Shown: in pieces, positions 19,184-29,292 of the stretch
How positions within the stretch are numbered: the stretch's first letter is position 1
Layout of the letters: the number at the start of each line of letters is the position of its first letter
IMG/VR virus record: IMGVR_UViG_3300035675_000001
DNA from: a virus
Lineage: Duplodnaviria > Caudoviricetes
Reading direction: 5' to 3' (one strand)
Length of the DNA: 64,000 nt
The notes under the pieces: model-generated
Databases searched by the model: none
What the model was told of the DNA's origin: nothing
What the model saw: the letters and a program-made list of their open reading frames with translations, nothing else
Made by a program: the position numbers and the translations under genes

Positions 19184-19543
19184 ATGGCAGATAATGAGCC
19201 AGCAGCAGTCCGTGTTGAGCTGGTGCCGTATTCGATGTTTGCGGCAACCCCGGCTTATCAGATTGACGCTGAACTCGATACCGGCAAAGAGTCGGTAATC
19301 GTGTTCGGCCTCAAGCGCGACCCTGTTGTCCCCGATCCCACCGACATCCTGTTCACCGTTCCGACCGGAGGCGGCGGACGGTTTGACCTCATCTCGCAAA
19401 AGTTCTACGGCACCCCGGAGCTATGGTGGGCCATCTCGCGCTGCAATGTTGACCTCGACCCGATGATCGGGCCAGAGGTTGGCAGCATCATCCGGGTTCC
19501 AACCCGCCTGCGACTGGCCAGCCTGGGGGTGCTGAATGTCTGA
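19184..19543 (+). CDS. Baseplate/tail-X LysM-like protein (T4 gp53-like)
   Basis: GRFDLISQKFYGTPELWWAI...N....PEVGSIIRVP. Confidence 0.75.
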   Translation: MADNEPAAVRVELVPYSMFAATPAYQIDAELDTGKESVIVFGLKRDPVVPDPTDILFTVPTGGGGRFDLISQKFYGTPELWWAISRCNVDLDPMIGPEVGSIIRVPTRLRLASLGVLNV

Positions 19544-21284
19544 GGCCCTGGCCATCCTCGCCCGCGTGCTGGAGTCCGACGAAGATTTCGTCGGCAAGGA
19601 CATGGACATCCACATGCCCTACGGCATCGGCAGCCGCGTGAAGGTCACCGATGGTGACTACACCGGCGAGCCAGGCACGGTCATGGGCATGGGGAACCTG
19701 GGCAACAACGTGCGCGGCTTTTGGGTCCACCTGGACGGGGCTGACGACGACATCAACAGCGCGATCCTCTACCCCGCCGACCGCCTGGCTCCCGCCCACG
19801 ACCTCAAGTATCCTCCCGGCATCCTCTGGCGCATCACCCAGGGCGAGTTCGCCGGGCGCAAGGCCATCCTGACCGGCACCAACAAGGCCGGAAGCATGTT
19901 CGTTCACGTCGAGGGGCACCCGGACGACTGGCAGATGATTTCCATGCGCCAGAACGAGTTGGAGCCGCTGGCCGAATCCGAGCTGATGGGCGACGAGGAC
20001 GACGTAAAAGCTGTGGCGGGCTACGTCACGCCGGAGTTGCAGCTCGACACCGATCCCAAGTCGAAGAACCAGCAGACTTTTGTTTACGCCTACGGCGAGT
20101 TCATTGGGACCGTTTCCGAAGACCTGGCCACGCCGGGCGACTGGGTGGTGACCTTCGTGCCCAACAAGGGCTACATCTGGAAGCGCGGGTTCAGGACCAG
20201 AGAGGATGCCGCAATGGCGATCTGGCAGGACCGCATCGGCATGAAGAAGCTGCGCGAGGAGGTCGAAGATGACGAGGGCTTCAAGGACGTTTACAGCGGC
20301 GAATACCCGACGTTCAACTTCCTGGTGAAGCGCGATCCGCAGGGCCGGGAGCAGTGGGGCAGCGGGGTGTGGAATGTTTACATCGACGGCTCAGAGCTGG
20401 GCATGGAGCACGTCCCCCACATGTGGATCGGCGAGATCGAAGCCGTGCGCGGCGAGGGCAACCAGCTCCAAGGCTGGCGCATCAGCAACCTGCCCTACCC
20501 GTCATCGCCCAAAGCCATCCCTGAGCTTTTTCCGCAGCAGCTCGACGCCGCCCGCTACATTTGGGGCGAGCGCCTGCGCCCGCGCAACGAGGCCAAGGAC
20601 CATCAGCGAGTTCGCCGCCTGGTCGGCAAGCTGATTGACGAAGCCGATGAGGACGAGCCTGACTTCAAGGAGTTCGCCTTCGATCCCGTGGCCAGCGCCG
20701 TAAGCGCCCTGGAGGGAGCCGGGTTCAAGATCGAGCGAGCCGACCGTGAGGGCGACGACATCTTCCTGCGGTTCACCTGGCCCGCGTTCAACGCCGTCGC
20801 CTACATCAATGGGGCCAAGCGGGCGCTGGAAGCCATCCGGCCTTTCATCAACGTGAGGCACGGCGACTACCGCGTGGACCGGGAGCTGGACGAGCAGGGC
20901 CAGAAGATCGCCCGCATGTTCATCCGCCGAAAGGATGACCAGGCACCCTGGCTCTGGAAGATCGAGCGCATCCCCAACTATTACGACCACAATGTCGCGC
21001 CGGGGGACGTGGTGAACACGTCGGCGGAATACAAGATTTTCTTCAATGGCCAGGAAGCAGGACTGTTCTTGGCACCGAACTATGACGTAGCGGAGCGCGT
21101 CCGGGAGGAGATGGCCCAACTGCACAAGGTGCATGGGTTTTACCCTCCTGGATGGGACGCGCCCGGTAACGCATGGGGCAAGGGCCACGCCATTGAGTGG
21201 TGGAGACGCAACCGTAAAAAGTTAGGCAACGTCGCCAGAAGCAACGAACCGTTTTTTGATCGGGGCCTCCTGGCGACCCGATAA
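19536..21284 (+). CDS. Tagged polyprotein C (582 aa) with KOW/SH3-like repeats
   Basis: MSEALAILARVLE|SDEDFVGKDM and three more tags. IGSRVKVTDGDYTGEPGTV and WRITQGEFAGRKAIL are KOW-like. Confidence 0.7.
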   Translation: MSEALAILARVLESDEDFVGKDMDIHMPYGIGSRVKVTDGDYTGEPGTVMGMGNLGNNVRGFWVHLDGADDDINSAILYPADRLAPAHDLKYPPGILWRITQGEFAGRKAILTGTNKAGSMFVHVEGHPDDWQMISMRQNELEPLAESELMGDEDDVKAVAGYVTPELQLDTDPKSKNQQTFVYAYGEFIGTVSEDLATPGDWVVTFVPNKGYIWKRGFRTREDAAMAIWQDRIGMKKLREEVEDDEGFKDVYSGEYPTFNFLVKRDPQGREQWGSGVWNVYIDGSELGMEHVPHMWIGEIEAVRGEGNQLQGWRISNLPYPSSPKAIPELFPQQLDAARYIWGERLRPRNEAKDHQRVRRLVGKLIDEADEDEPDFKEFAFDPVASAVSALEGAGFKIERADREGDDIFLRFTWPAFNAVAYINGAKRALEAIRPFINVRHGDYRVDRELDEQGQKIARMFIRRKDDQAPWLWKIERIPNYYDHNVAPGDVVNTSAEYKIFFNGQEAGLFLAPNYDVAERVREEMAQLHKVHGFYPPGWDAPGNAWGKGHAIEWWRRNRKKLGNVARSNEPFFDRGLLATR

Positions 21285-21285
21285 C

Positions 21286-21435
21286 ATGACCGAAAGAGAT
21301 GAACAACTTTGGAAAGAAAGAGTAAGCAGGGAACACCCGGAACGCGGGCTGGCTATCATCATACTTGGTAGCACCCTGCTCTACGGAACGCTGACAGTAT
21401 TTTTGTTGATTAAACTTTTTAACTACTTGCTATGA
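21286..21435 (+). CDS. Small AT-rich single-pass membrane protein (49 aa, below the ORF-track cut-off)
   Basis: ATG 21286 to TGA 21435, MTERDEQLWKERVSREHPERGLAIIILGSTLLYGTLTVFLLIKLFNYLL. Stop overlaps the next ATG. Confidence 0.5.
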   Translation: MTERDEQLWKERVSREHPERGLAIIILGSTLLYGTLTVFLLIKLFNYLL

Positions 21436-21917
21436 GCTTTTTAACTGAACGCAAGATGGCGAACACGCTGGACGTGCCCATCGCCCTGCCCGCCACGGAA
21501 CTCAAGATGTCCGATTGGCTGGTGATCGCCACGATCAAGCTGACCGCACCTTCGCGCCTCGCGGTGCGGATGCTCCACTTCAACTTCATCAGCTCGACCG
21601 TGGACTTGCAGAACATCAAAACGGTCAACTACATCAACTCCAGCATGGGCTTGTGCTACGTGGGGCTGTTCCTGAACTACACGAACGGCGACCCCTCGCA
21701 GCTCACCAAGCTCGACAAGGTGAGCGCCAGCAGCCTGGGCGTCTTCACCCGCCTTGGCAATCCGCTCATCATCAGCACGCCCGGCACCTACACCTGGCTG
21801 GCCGTCAACAACGTCCAATACAGCAACCAGAACCCCTACCTCACGGTGACGGACAGCGCGGACTTCCGCGTGAGTTGCACCGGCCAGTGGCGCATTGAAC
21901 TCGACCCGACGCAATGA
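21432..21917 (+). CDS. Putative structural beta-protein (paralog of 25927-26352)
   Basis: TLDVPIALPATEL.....IATIKL ... LGV ... PGTYTW.AVNN shared with its paralog. Confidence 0.55.
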   Translation: MSFLTERKMANTLDVPIALPATELKMSDWLVIATIKLTAPSRLAVRMLHFNFISSTVDLQNIKTVNYINSSMGLCYVGLFLNYTNGDPSQLTKLDKVSASSLGVFTRLGNPLIISTPGTYTWLAVNNVQYSNQNPYLTVTDSADFRVSCTGQWRIELDPTQ

Positions 21918-24900
21918 AGGAAGTGGATGACATCCTGGCCGCGCTCCTGGAGGATGAGGATGACCTCAGCTCCAAGGACGTGTTCTTCCCCAATGACCCC
22001 AAGGCTGTGGACTTCTCCGAGCCGCTGGCGGGCAATGAGGCGAAGCTGCGCCGGGTGTTCACCTGGCTCACGCGCCTGGGGATGACGCCCGCCTTTGGCA
22101 GCGTGCCCATCGGCTGGTATCAACAGGCCCAGTTCGAGGCCATCGACCGGCTGCGGGCGCTGGCCAAGCTCAAGGGCATTGACCTGCGCTGGGTCAAAAA
22201 GAAGAACGAGCACATCCTGGCCTATCACCAGGACCGCTGGGTGCCCATCGCCAAGTTCGGCTGGCGAGATGAGCTGGTCGCCGAAGCGATGGACGACGAC
22301 TTCGACATGAAGGAAGTCACGGGCGGGGCCTTCGATGAGCTGGCCCAGCTTGTAGCCAGCGGCGTCCTGGACCTGAGCGGCAAGGTCGAGCGTGGCAGTT
22401 CCCGCTACGTCCACGAGCGCAGCACCACCTTCGAGCTTTACAACAGCTACAACTGGCCGGACGACATGCCGCAGGAGGAGCGCGAGGCCGAAGAAGTCCG
22501 CATCGACAAGCTCATCAGCGAGCTGGAGAAGTATGTCAGCGAGCGCATCGTTGCCTGGAACCACAAGATTTACCAGGAGTTGGAGAAGGACTACGAGTGG
22601 GCTTACGAGGACGAGAACATCGCCGACACTCTGGAAGCAAACGACTACCACTTCACCGAGGATGGTGAGCGGGATGATGAAGGCCCATTCACCTACCAGC
22701 AACTCCAGCCCGACGCCCAAGAGGCTGCCCGCCAGTGGTGGAAGGACGCCAACGAGCAGGACAACTGGTGGAGCGAATCGACCATTGCCGAGTGGAAGTG
22801 GCTGCTCGACCAGAAGGGATTCCTTGGCGTGGAGATCGCCTTTAGCGGCTTCTGGAGCCAGGGCGATGGCGCTTCCTTCGAGGCCAAGCGGTTTGACGCG
22901 GCCCAGTTCTTCAAGGGCGTCGATCCCCTCGACTTCCCGGAGCAGGACCGCGAGCAGATGAGCGAGTCCCAGGAAGATGACATCCATCCCAAAGACCTGG
23001 CGACCACCAACCCGGAGGACGTGGCTTCCGAAATCCTCCGCCTGGTCACCGCCATTCCGGGCGTGACCGACGTGACCATGACCAGGGGCGCGGTCAACCC
23101 GGAGCACGTCATCATCAACGGCAAGATCAACCTCGACCACTGGGACGCGGGCTACGCCATCGACAAGGCGATCTTCCCGGTCATGGAGAACCCTGCCGTC
23201 GAGATTACTCGCCACACCGCCTTCGCCGCCCCGATGGACAAATATCCGCGTGGCTTCGCCGTGGTGGTCAAGCCCGCGCTGCGCGAGTCACTGCTGGAGC
23301 GTTACGGCGGGGCCGAGAAAGAGCGCCAGATTTTCTACCACGGCACGACCTCCACCCTGCTGCCCAAGATTCTCGCCCAGGGCTTGATTCCCAATCCCAA
23401 GGTCCGCTCCTGGTCCGACGATCCGCACAAGGGCCTCATCCAGCCCTCGCGCCAAAGCCTGGAGGGCATCTACGTCACGACCAACCTGATGACTGCCGTC
23501 TCCGCCGCTGGCCGCGTGGCCCGGCGCGACAAGGCCCACCGGCTGATCGTGGTGATGGAGCTGCAACCCCGCGACCTCCTGGCCGACGAGGATGACATCG
23601 GCGGCACGATCAACGCACTGGCCAACCACATCAGCGACCACGTTTACTCGCACATCTGGCCCTACTTCGCCGAAGTCTATCGAGACCGAATGCGCTACGC
23701 GGAGGAATACGCGCCCCGCGCCGACCAGGCCAAGGCCAAATGGGTGGACGACGCCGCCAAGCAGATGCTCTACAAGTTCGGCCAGAACAGGCCGGAGCTG
23801 GAGACCCGCCTGCGCGAGCTGCTGGCCAACGAGGGCTACCGCATCATGCTGACCCGCATGGCCTCCTATGCGGGCGACTGGGAGAAGGGCTACTGGCACA
23901 GCGAATGGCGGCACCTGTTTGGGACCGACGAGGACGCTCCTCCGGTGCCGGACAAGAACCAGGCCGAAGCAGACTTTCTCGCTTTCAAGGACAAGCTGAC
24001 GCGCACGCTCAAGGGCAAAGCCCGCCCGCTGATGCAGAAGGACTGGAAGCTCAACGTCAGTGGCCGGTCCATGAAGCCCATCGGTTTCGACGGCAGCGAC
24101 CGCATCATCTGCATCGTCGAGGAGATCGACCACTCCGGGCCGGAGTATTACACCGGCATGATCGTCCACTACGGCAAGCCGCCCGAACAGCTCATCAAGG
24201 ACTGGACCGAATCCCACGGCCCCCTGGACAAGCCAGACAGCATTGTTTACAAAAACGCGCAGCAGGAAGCTTTCGAGACGCACGGCCAGGCTTTGGCCCG
24301 CACCGGCGAGTGGGGCACCCAGGCGGCAGGCGGCGTCTATATCGCCCAGGACACCGGGCGCGTGCTCATCGGCTTTCGCTCCAGCGATGTTCTCAAGCCG
24401 CACACCTGGGGCACCTTCGGCGGAGCAATGGACGAAGGCGAAGACGCGGCCACGGCTGCCCAGCGCGAGATGAAGGAGGAGACCGGCTACAGCGGGCCGA
24501 TGGAGATGAAGCTCGTTTACGTTTTCGAGAAGGGCACGTTCAAGTATCACAACTTCGCCGTCATCGTGCCCGCCGAGTTCAAGCCGCGCCTCAACTGGGA
24601 GAACGATGACGCCGAGTGGTTCGAGCCGGGCAAGTGGCCAAGCCCGCTTCACCCTGGCATGGATCAGCTTCTTTCGCGCCTGGGCGCGGTCCAGGAGTCC
24701 GAGGATGACGACTTCGACGTGAAAGAAGTGGCCAAGGTCGATGACGGAATCTTCGTCAACTACACCTACGACTCGCACGACCCCGATGGCCAATACGAGC
24801 AGGTGTGGGAAGACGAGGGACCGTTCGTGTCCATGCAGAGCGCCTACGAGTGGGCGCAGAAAAACCTGTCCCGCGACAAGATCGCCGAGCTGAACATCAC

Positions 24901-25930
24901 CCGCGAAGTCCTGGGCAGCGTGACCGACAAGATCATCGTCGATCAGTTTTGGGGAACCTGGGAGAAGCGCGGCGAGCAAACGGTTCCTGTAAACATTTCC
25001 GAGGCAGCCGATGACGACTTTGAAACCAAGGAGATCGCCGAGTTTGACCCGGACCCGTTGACGTTGACGCGCAACTTCATGGAGACGGCCTACACGACGC
25101 ACGGCGATCTGGACCGCTTCATGACCAAGCTCTCCGAGGTCGTGGACTGGCCCCAGCTCTACGCCGCCTATCCGCGCATGGCTGACATGCCGGTCAAGCT
25201 TTACGGCGGCGTGCCCATGCAGATCGGCTGGGCTGTGAGCAGACCCGGCACGGTTGCAGGCGTCAACCTGGAGCCAGGGCAGACTGTGTTCCTTGTTGGT
25301 CGCCAGGCATTCGATGATGCGCCCAAGCGCCTGGAGCGCCGGTTCGCGTGGGCCATCAAGTGTGCCCTCGACGTGCTCGATGGCCGCAACCCGGACAAAG
25401 AAGCCGCCAAAGAGTGGGCCGCGAGAAAGACCAAGAGCCGCTGGCCCGACGACTACCAGTATGGGTTTGAAAGCCGTGATCCCGACGCCGTAGTGGAAAC
25501 TGCCGAAGACGACTTTGAGGTCAAGGATGTGGGGCTGCCCGGCCAGAACTGGACCTACCACATCTTCCGCTTCCCCACCGCAGCGGCCATCAACTACTTC
25601 GTGGTCGAAGACCCGGCCTTCAAACACGAGCCGTTTGTGACCGACCGCACCGGCGATGAGCTGGAACGCGGCATCCGCCCTCGCTGGCCCAACTGGGACA
25701 AGCTGGGCAAGACGGTGGGCGGTCACACCTTCCCCCGGCGAATGCCGGACAAGGAGCTTCACCAGATCGCCCAGGCGCAGATCAGGCAGTTCTTGAGAGC
25801 GGGCGAATTTCCGCGCCAGGGCTACCGCGACGTGTGGGAATGGATGCGGGATGTGCGCGACACCGGCAAGCCCCATGATCCGCTCCCGTGGGACATCCGC
25901 AGGCGCGGCAATACTTACAGACAGATATGA
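21914..25930 (+). CDS. Tagged polyprotein D (1338 aa) with ART-like, Nudix and other domains
   Basis: Six acidic tags. FYHGTT..LLPKILAQGL..GIYVT (ART/KptA-like) and GTFGGAMDEGEDAATAAQREMKEETG (Nudix box). Confidence 0.8.
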   Translation: MKEVDDILAALLEDEDDLSSKDVFFPNDPKAVDFSEPLAGNEAKLRRVFTWLTRLGMTPAFGSVPIGWYQQAQFEAIDRLRALAKLKGIDLRWVKKKNEHILAYHQDRWVPIAKFGWRDELVAEAMDDDFDMKEVTGGAFDELAQLVASGVLDLSGKVERGSSRYVHERSTTFELYNSYNWPDDMPQEEREAEEVRIDKLISELEKYVSERIVAWNHKIYQELEKDYEWAYEDENIADTLEANDYHFTEDGERDDEGPFTYQQLQPDAQEAARQWWKDANEQDNWWSESTIAEWKWLLDQKGFLGVEIAFSGFWSQGDGASFEAKRFDAAQFFKGVDPLDFPEQDREQMSESQEDDIHPKDLATTNPEDVASEILRLVTAIPGVTDVTMTRGAVNPEHVIINGKINLDHWDAGYAIDKAIFPVMENPAVEITRHTAFAAPMDKYPRGFAVVVKPALRESLLERYGGAEKERQIFYHGTTSTLLPKILAQGLIPNPKVRSWSDDPHKGLIQPSRQSLEGIYVTTNLMTAVSAAGRVARRDKAHRLIVVMELQPRDLLADEDDIGGTINALANHISDHVYSHIWPYFAEVYRDRMRYAEEYAPRADQAKAKWVDDAAKQMLYKFGQNRPELETRLRELLANEGYRIMLTRMASYAGDWEKGYWHSEWRHLFGTDEDAPPVPDKNQAEADFLAFKDKLTRTLKGKARPLMQKDWKLNVSGRSMKPIGFDGSDRIICIVEEIDHSGPEYYTGMIVHYGKPPEQLIKDWTESHGPLDKPDSIVYKNAQQEAFETHGQALARTGEWGTQAAGGVYIAQDTGRVLIGFRSSDVLKPHTWGTFGGAMDEGEDAATAAQREMKEETGYSGPMEMKLVYVFEKGTFKYHNFAVIVPAEFKPRLNWENDDAEWFEPGKWPSPLHPGMDQLLSRLGAVQESEDDDFDVKEVAKVDDGIFVNYTYDSHDPDGQYEQVWEDEGPFVSMQSAYEWAQKNLSRDKIAELNITREVLGSVTDKIIVDQFWGTWEKRGEQTVPVNISEAADDDFETKEIAEFDPDPLTLTRNFMETAYTTHGDLDRFMTKLSEVVDWPQLYAAYPRMADMPVKLYGGVPMQIGWAVSRPGTVAGVNLEPGQTVFLVGRQAFDDAPKRLERRFAWAIKCALDVLDGRNPDKEAAKEWAARKTKSRWPDDYQYGFESRDPDAVVETAEDDFEVKDVGLPGQNWTYHIFRFPTAAAINYFVVEDPAFKHEPFVTDRTGDELERGIRPRWPNWDKLGKTVGGHTFPRRMPDKELHQIAQAQIRQFLRAGEFPRQGYRDVWEWMRDVRDTGKPHDPLPWDIRRRGNTYRQI

Positions 25931-26352
25931 ACGGCTTTGTCACAACTCAGCGTTACGGGACCACATTTGATGTGCCCATCAGCCTGCCGCAGACTGAACT
26001 CCGGCGCGGGCGCTACATCAACTGCGGCCAAATCCGGCTGACGCTGGGCCAGGTCTTGCGGATTCGCTGCCTGAACCTGCACCTGGTCAACATCATCACG
26101 GCCACGGCGCTGCCCGACATTTTCAGCACGCCCCTGGGCATCGTGAGCGCAGGCGTCTATCTCTCGCCGATGATGTGCTCGTCGTCCTGTCTGCTGACCG
26201 CTCAGTCGCCTGGGATCATTTCTGTAAACAGTTTCGCCTACAAGGAATACCGGTCGCCTGGCCTCTATTACTTCACCGTCAGCAACAACACGACGAACGT
26301 GGACGTGAGCGTCGCCCTGACGGGGGTCATCAAGCTGCTCAACTACGCATGA
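25927..26352 (+). CDS. Putative structural beta-protein (paralog of 21432-21917; start ATG 25927)
   Basis: TFDVPISLPQTEL.....CGQIRL ... PGLYYFTVSNN. ATGA overlap with polyprotein D. Confidence 0.55.
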   Translation: MNGFVTTQRYGTTFDVPISLPQTELRRGRYINCGQIRLTLGQVLRIRCLNLHLVNIITATALPDIFSTPLGIVSAGVYLSPMMCSSSCLLTAQSPGIISVNSFAYKEYRSPGLYYFTVSNNTTNVDVSVALTGVIKLLNYA

Positions 26353-26365
26353 AGTTCTATCCCCT

Positions 26366-29281
26366 ATGAGTGACGCACTCGAATCTGCCCTTATCATTCA
26401 GCTCCAGGAGGCGATCAAATGGGGTTCGCCGCTGCCTGCCCCGGAGATCGTGACCGGGCGCATGACCCAAGTCGATCCTGGCCTGCCGTTCAACGTCGTG
26501 GACTACTCCAAGCGCGACCGCGAGTTGCAGCAGCGCGACAACATCATTGCCGCCGCCGTCTGCAAGGTCTCGCTCCATGCCCGCACCGTCTGGAGCGGCA
26601 CCGTGGTCTATCCCCGGCTCCAGGGCGTCCAGGGTGTCACCGACTACACCGGCACCAACATCTTCCTGGGCGTGGACCCGCAAGAGCTGAACTATCCGCT
26701 CCCGGTGAACTACACCAGCGTCATGTATGTCGGCAATGGCAGCGTGCCCTACGACGCAGTGCTCACGACCGACAAAGACCTCTATGGCCGAGACCTGCTG
26801 CTCTACGAGACACTGGCCCGCGCTGCCTCCATCTTCCCCATCGAACCCATCCAGGAGAAAGACCCTGCCGGTGCGGTCATCGGCTCCACCAGCATTTGGG
26901 CCACGGCCAGCGGCACCGACCGCAACGTCACGCCCAACTCCGCGCAAGCGATGGACGTGGCCATGCTCAAGGAGCCGGACATGTATCTGGCCGAGCGCGA
27001 CAATCAGAACGCGGCCTACGTGTCGCGGGTCGCCCAGGCGCTCAAGAACCCGTTCGAGTATGCCTCGCGCATCTACGTGGAAGTCGTCGGGCCTGCCGAG
27101 CGCGAGACTGAGACCTACGTCCTGAGCGAAGCCGTCTTCATTTACGGCCAGGTTTACGCCGCCAACGAGGAGGTCAAATACACCAGGCCGACCATCGACT
27201 CCGGCGCGGACACGGTGACCATCGCTGCGGACGGGACTGCCACGATCTCGACCACCGGCTACCTGTTCGGCAACGGCAACGACGTGGGGCGCATCTTCGT
27301 CCTGGACTCCGACAACCTGCCCTACACGATCACCAACTTCATCAGCACCACCCAGTGCGTGGTCACGACGGACGGTGCCAAGACGGCCACGGGTTTCACC
27401 ATCACCAACACGATCTCGCAGTGGTATCGAGCCAACTACACCACCGGCGACATCCCCTACGGCAGCCCCGCCTGGACGCAGATCAGCGCCCCCAACCTGC
27501 GACAGTTCCTCTCGGAACCGGCGCTCTCCAGCCGCAACCGGATCATCTACAACGTCTCGGCCAAGACCCTCCAGTGGCTCCGGGAAAACCTGGACCTGGT
27601 TCACGTCCCGCAGATCGTCGGCTTCATGATCCCCGGCGTGCTGCCCGGCCAGACCGTGGAGACGGTCCCGCAGGTGCCAGAGACGAAGGACTCCCAGTTC
27701 TGGCGGCAGAAGTCAGGCCGCGTATCGCTCCAGAGCGGCACCTGGCAAAACTTGGCCTCCATCTATCCCACGGCGGGAGCAGCCACAACGGGCGGCATCG
27801 ACACGATGTTTCAGAGCGCCAAGGCGCTCACCCTGATGATGCCCGATACCGCCGCGATCCAGTTCAGCGCCCCCATCTGCCCGCCCGGCACCTATGCCAT
27901 GACGGCGCTGATCCGACCAGCCTCCACCGTTTACATCGCGGGCATCGACCGCGTGGTGGGCGGCACAAGCGTCCCAGCCAACAGTGGCGTCAACTTCAAC
28001 GGGCTGAACGAAGTCATCCAATACAACATCAAGCTGCCCTATGGCACCTGGACGCTGCGGATCGAATACACCAACGACGTGACCGCGCTCACGGACAGCG
28101 TGGGGTTTGGTGTCATTGTCAGCATCCCCGGCCAGATTCTCTTGGGCGACGCCACGCCGCTTTACTTCGCCGATACCAACGGCAATCCGCTGCCCAAGGG
28201 CCTGCTTGTGACCAGCAGTGGACTTGACATCAACGCCCAGGGCCAAGCCTACCCGCTCTCGATCCAATGGACTGCCGGGTCCGGCAAGCTCCACATCCGC
28301 CGCCTCATCTTCTCGTCCACGACCAACCAGACCAGCCATTACATCGTGGACACATCCTGGCGCGGCAAGAACTACACGGCCAAGCTGGACGTGATGGGCG
28401 AACGCGACTGCCCCGACGTGATGCCCTTCCGGTTCTACCTGGCGACAGGCGACAGCAACCCCACCTTCGACCTGACCTGGAAGATTGCCAAAGGCGCACC
28501 CTACGACGCCACACGGACGTATTATCCCGGCGACCAAGTGCTCTATAACGGCATCTACTGGCAAGCGACGGACATCATCAGTCCCGGCGTCTATCCAGGC
28601 AGCTCGACGGACTGGAATCCGCTCAGCCGCGAGCCACAGATTCCGCTCCTGGTCGAAAGCCTGAACCTCCAGTATCTCCGCACCACGGAGGTCACACCGA
28701 TGACCAGCGGCAACCTGGGCTTCCGCCAGGACATGGTTGAGCGGTCGCTGCGCTGCGACCAGGATGCCTACCGGGCCAGCATCAGCAGCGTCGGCAGCAA
28801 CTTTCCTGAGTTTCGCGTCGCCAACGCGACGGGCTACTCCTGGGAGCGTGAATCCACCGAAGCGTGGATGGGCTTCCAGGAGAGCTATAACCCGCGCCTG
28901 CGCGAGTTCCAAGCTGTCAGCGGTGCGATCCTGGAGGGGCGCTACTACGAAGTGCGCGGCACCACCGGGAGCCTCATCTACAACTCTGTCGTCTATGCCC
29001 CCAACCAACGCTTCTACGGCGTGGCCGGGGTGACCACTTTCACGCCTGGTGGTGATTGCACGCTCTGGCAAGTCGGAGCTTACCGGGTTTCTCTCCCAGG
29101 GGATGTGGGACAGCCAGCTTACGTGCCGGACGGGCTGGAGTTCGTTTTGTCAGCGGGAACCGTGGCCGGTTGGTATGCGTCGTATGCGTCCTACCCCACC
29201 ATCCAGACCCTTCAACCGTGGATGGTGGAGAAAGGTATTTATGTGGCGCAGCCGGAGTTCTGGTCGCCGCCGACAATGTAA
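26366..29281 (+). CDS. Large virion structural protein (971 aa) with a CBM5/12-like carbohydrate-binding motif
   Basis: T/G/Y/V-rich beta composition. PYDATRTYYPGDQVLYNGIYWQA...PG.YPG...DW. Confidence 0.6.
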   Translation: MSDALESALIIQLQEAIKWGSPLPAPEIVTGRMTQVDPGLPFNVVDYSKRDRELQQRDNIIAAAVCKVSLHARTVWSGTVVYPRLQGVQGVTDYTGTNIFLGVDPQELNYPLPVNYTSVMYVGNGSVPYDAVLTTDKDLYGRDLLLYETLARAASIFPIEPIQEKDPAGAVIGSTSIWATASGTDRNVTPNSAQAMDVAMLKEPDMYLAERDNQNAAYVSRVAQALKNPFEYASRIYVEVVGPAERETETYVLSEAVFIYGQVYAANEEVKYTRPTIDSGADTVTIAADGTATISTTGYLFGNGNDVGRIFVLDSDNLPYTITNFISTTQCVVTTDGAKTATGFTITNTISQWYRANYTTGDIPYGSPAWTQISAPNLRQFLSEPALSSRNRIIYNVSAKTLQWLRENLDLVHVPQIVGFMIPGVLPGQTVETVPQVPETKDSQFWRQKSGRVSLQSGTWQNLASIYPTAGAATTGGIDTMFQSAKALTLMMPDTAAIQFSAPICPPGTYAMTALIRPASTVYIAGIDRVVGGTSVPANSGVNFNGLNEVIQYNIKLPYGTWTLRIEYTNDVTALTDSVGFGVIVSIPGQILLGDATPLYFADTNGNPLPKGLLVTSSGLDINAQGQAYPLSIQWTAGSGKLHIRRLIFSSTTNQTSHYIVDTSWRGKNYTAKLDVMGERDCPDVMPFRFYLATGDSNPTFDLTWKIAKGAPYDATRTYYPGDQVLYNGIYWQATDIISPGVYPGSSTDWNPLSREPQIPLLVESLNLQYLRTTEVTPMTSGNLGFRQDMVERSLRCDQDAYRASISSVGSNFPEFRVANATGYSWERESTEAWMGFQESYNPRLREFQAVSGAILEGRYYEVRGTTGSLIYNSVVYAPNQRFYGVAGVTTFTPGGDCTLWQVGAYRVSLPGDVGQPAYVPDGLEFVLSAGTVAGWYASYASYPTIQTLQPWMVEKGIYVAQPEFWSPPTM

Positions 29282-29292
29282 AACGTAAACAA

